Assembly (NCBI GenBank): GCA_012026655.1
Contig: JAAILG010000832.1
Location: forward strand, 1-64,000
Origin: Hydrolagus affinis
Taxonomy: Eukaryota
DNA length: 64,000 nucleotides
Reading direction: 5' to 3'
Part shown: positions 61,216 to 64,000 of the stretch, piece by piece
Layout: each line of letters opens with the position of its first letter
Numbering within the stretch: position 1 is the first letter of the stretch
The notes under the pieces: generated by a model
What the model saw: only the letters and a program-made list of their open reading frames with translations
Told to the model about the DNA's origin: nothing
Databases searched by the model: none
Program-made: the position numbers and the translations under genes

Positions 61216-62194
61216 TCATTAGCCAGCCCTATCTAAGTGTTCATTGTTTTTGGATCTTAGTTTAAGGACTCATTCAAATAAGCAATGATCTGGAATGATT
61301 TCTTGCACATAATATAGTGGCTTATCATATTAAAATATTGTAAACCGCTTAGCAAAAGTAGTTAATTTTAACACAAATCCACAAAAATCCAAATCTCAAT
61401 GGCACAAAAAACACACGCACTGTAGGTGGATATGTAAAAAAAACTAATCTTTGAATCTCTAATTAAAAACGATTTGATAAAAATTTAAATAGTATCTGTA
61501 CATTTATAAATGCTGCGTTTAAGAAATCTTTCGGCATTTAGACCAATTGCTAGTGTAGCCCTTAAAAGAATTTTTAAAAGCAAAAGGATTTGTTTTTAAA
61601 ATAGAAGTCAAGATTATTGCTGCCCAATGCAGCTTGAGGACTTTGTAAAACTGTTAATTCCACAAATGTAAATGGTGTGCTGCCACATGGTTTGGTTTGT
61701 TAAGGACTGAATAATAACTTGGGGCGGGTGTGGGGGGTAAATCACAAACTTAAGAGGCTCAGATATCAAGATACAAGAGCAAATATTTAAATCCTAATAC
61801 AATGTACATTTTGGTTTAAGTACTGTTTTGCTCTTGTTTATCTGATGATGATGCTTAATCAATCAGTGCTTATTTCAACAAGCTTACTTCCTGCATATAT
61901 GTGCAAGAAGCACTTCTGTCATCACTTCTCAAAGGAAATTATGGCTGTTATTTTTTGTTCATAGCGTGCATGAACAGTAAGCAAGAAGTGATGTCAACAT
62001 ACACAGGCAAGTGATGTTAGTGGCAACCTGATGACTCAGAAGCCAACAATGTTTTCATGCCTATATTGTCCACCTGATGTGAAAGGCGCAATACAAATGT
62101 AATTTGTTGCTTTGTGGACACTGAGATATTGGACTGAACGTGACTTCATTATAACAAGGTTTTTCTGTATATCCAACAACTAAAGGGTTTATAG

Positions 62195-62380
62195 TCAAGA
62201 CTGATCCCATTCTCTGAAACTCTATCCCGGAGTCTCTCCGAATCATTCCCTTCCTCACTTCTTTCAAGGTGAATCTCAAGGCCTTCCCCCCGGCTCCCAA
62301 CTCGGGTGACCACCAGGGCATTAGGACAGTCTCCTGGCATGAAAAGGGCTCTATGAATATATATTTGTACTGTTGTCTTG
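62195..62380 (+). mobile_element. L2-clade LINE 3' fragment (extra solo tail at 62065-62110)
   Basis: ctctgaaactctatccc...ttcaaggtgaatctcaag followed by a diverged tail. Confidence 0.6.
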
Positions 62381-62559
62381 TATCCTGTCTCATAGTAAAG
62401 AGTGATATGTCTACATAAAATAATAATTTAATCTAATAATCTAATATACCGCCTATAACTTCAAAACATCAGTTTGTTTTAAATACTCTTAAGCATGCGT
62501 CAGACATCCAATTGACCGGAAAAAAAACACAATAATTAAATGTGGTAACTATGAATTTA

Positions 62560-62860
62560 TAGGACAAAATGGCTGGCAATTTGTGCTCAACAATGTCCCA
62601 TAAAACAAACATGAGGTGAATGACCAATTTAACAGGAATTTTGGGGGGACATGACACCAAGGGAAACTCCATTATCCTTTGTATAGCTCCTTTAACATTC
62701 ATTGAAACCGTCACTTAAGACCTTGGTGTGATGCTTAGCCAAAGGACCACATCTCCAACAACAAGGTGCTCCCCCAACACTGCTTTGAATTGTCCATCTT
62801 AGTGGCCCAACATGGGACATGAAAACTTTCTGACATTGAGGTGAGAGCATTACCAACTGT
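62560..62860 (-). mobile_element. Old, diverged long Deu-domain SINE relic
   Basis: ggcaatttgtgctcaacaatgtcccataaaac core and gagagcattaccaactg head remnant; resembles the reverse complement of 12497-12866. Confidence 0.5.
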
Positions 62861-63629
62861 CAAGCAAACTGGCCTGAGAATTTCGAGAACATAAGATAAA
62901 TCAAAGACTACTCATTAGGTTAGAGGAAGTTGGGGTTATTAACAAGTCTGAAAGTGGGAGGGAAATCCCCATGTGGTTTAATTTGTAAATTCCAACACCT
63001 TCTGACAGCTGTGCTGCACTACACTGACATTTCACAGAGGTCAGTGATTCTAAATAGCAATATTTTTTAAATGTGCTTCACAATGAATCCTACAACTCCC
63101 CCCCCCCCCCCCCATCACCACCACCAAAACGAAGCCATCCACCAAGTACAGTACAGTACAGTAGATAGAAACACCTTTAGTCAGTTCAGGTGTCACATGA
63201 ATTACCTACAGTGTTGCAATACGTAATTGACCTTCGTTCAGGAATGACAGCAATGATAATTTCCTCTGTCACAAGTTAACCCAAGAACTCTCTTCCTATT
63301 TCACGAAAAGATAACAATTTTTGATGGGGGGGGAGGGGGAATCAAAATAAAACTTGTGTATACAGATCTTCAGTGGCATCTGACAGTGTTTTCTGAAATT
63401 CTGCCCCAGTGATCAGTGATGCTTTTAAACCAGGTCGATGTGGCTCCACCATCCAAGTTTGCAAATAGCAATACTGTGTATACATGTATACAACTGTACA
63501 GTACAGTACTTGTTAAAGCAGCAGCAAGAAGGCAGACTCCAGAACAGCGCTGTCGAGCAACGCAGATTCACTCACTTCAAACACACATAGAGACAGAGAC
63601 ACACACATACACAGAGAGAACTGAACCAT

Positions 63630-63729
63630 NNNNNNNNNNNNNNNNNNNNNNNNNNNNNNNNNNNNNNNNNNNNNNNNNNNNNNNNNNNNNNNNNNNNNNN
63701 NNNNNNNNNNNNNNNNNNNNNNNNNNNNN
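63630..63729. other. Assembly gap (100 N) within the putative promoter/first-exon region
   Basis: Run of N. Confidence 1.
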
Positions 63730-64000
63730 CAGGAGTCCGGGAGGGGAGTGGGGGATGTCAGGGGACCGGTCAGTGCTCGGGTTCTGCCACCATTTGTGTT
63801 GATGGTTGACAGTGATGGTTGACCCGAGAGGAGAGAGAGAGAGATGGGGGACAGCGGCGGGAGGGCGGGAAAGGGGGTGTAAGCTGGGTGTGGGTTGGGA
63901 GAGGAGAGGGGGCTGGGGTGGGGGGTCCTCTGGAGGTAGTCAGTCAGTCAGTCAGTCTCTCCCTCCCTCCCTCTCCGGGGCTCCCTCCACACAGTCGGTC
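63730..64000 (-). promoter_or_regulatory. GC-rich segment, probable edge of the EVI5 promoter/non-coding first exon
   Basis: Abrupt rise in GC and CpG content, GGGCGG box at 63863-63868, many G-runs; lies upstream of exon 2 on the gene strand. Confidence 0.5.

Noticed and set aside
63416-63802. ORFs spanning N runs (also 27804-28112, 27809-28012, 27818-28096)
   Set aside because: Artefacts of translating through assembly gaps.

Overview
AT-rich vertebrate genomic DNA with two 100-N gaps. The repeat content suggests a cartilaginous fish, possibly elephant shark (inference). Nearly the whole window is one intron-rich gene on the minus strand, EVI5 (TBC-domain Rab-GAP with a long C-terminal coiled coil). 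I traced 19 coding exons (numbered 2-20 by analogy with human), all with GT-AG boundaries and consistent phases, from ATG 51863 to TGA 3043: 2508 nt, 835 aa. A GC-rich putative promoter/non-coding first exon lies at the right end and the 3' UTR at the left. The introns carry a young tRNA-headed Deu-domain SINE family, L2 and CR1 LINE 3' fragments, older SINE-like relics and one intact 902-bp Tc1/mariner-superfamily MITE. There is no prokaryotic-type system, CRISPR array or real tRNA/rRNA gene, and almost all other ORFs in the track are spurious. The signals most worth following up are: (1) a roughly 3-fold excess of TACAGTA/TACTGTA heptamers matching Tc1/mariner excision footprints, next to a MITE with matching ends; (2) two pre-miRNA-sized intronic hairpins; (3) a covarying stem-loop shared by the SINE and L2 3' tails; (4) candidate enhancer and CTCF elements in the last intron. 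All counts were made by eye and repeat family names come from recalled consensus features, not a database search.
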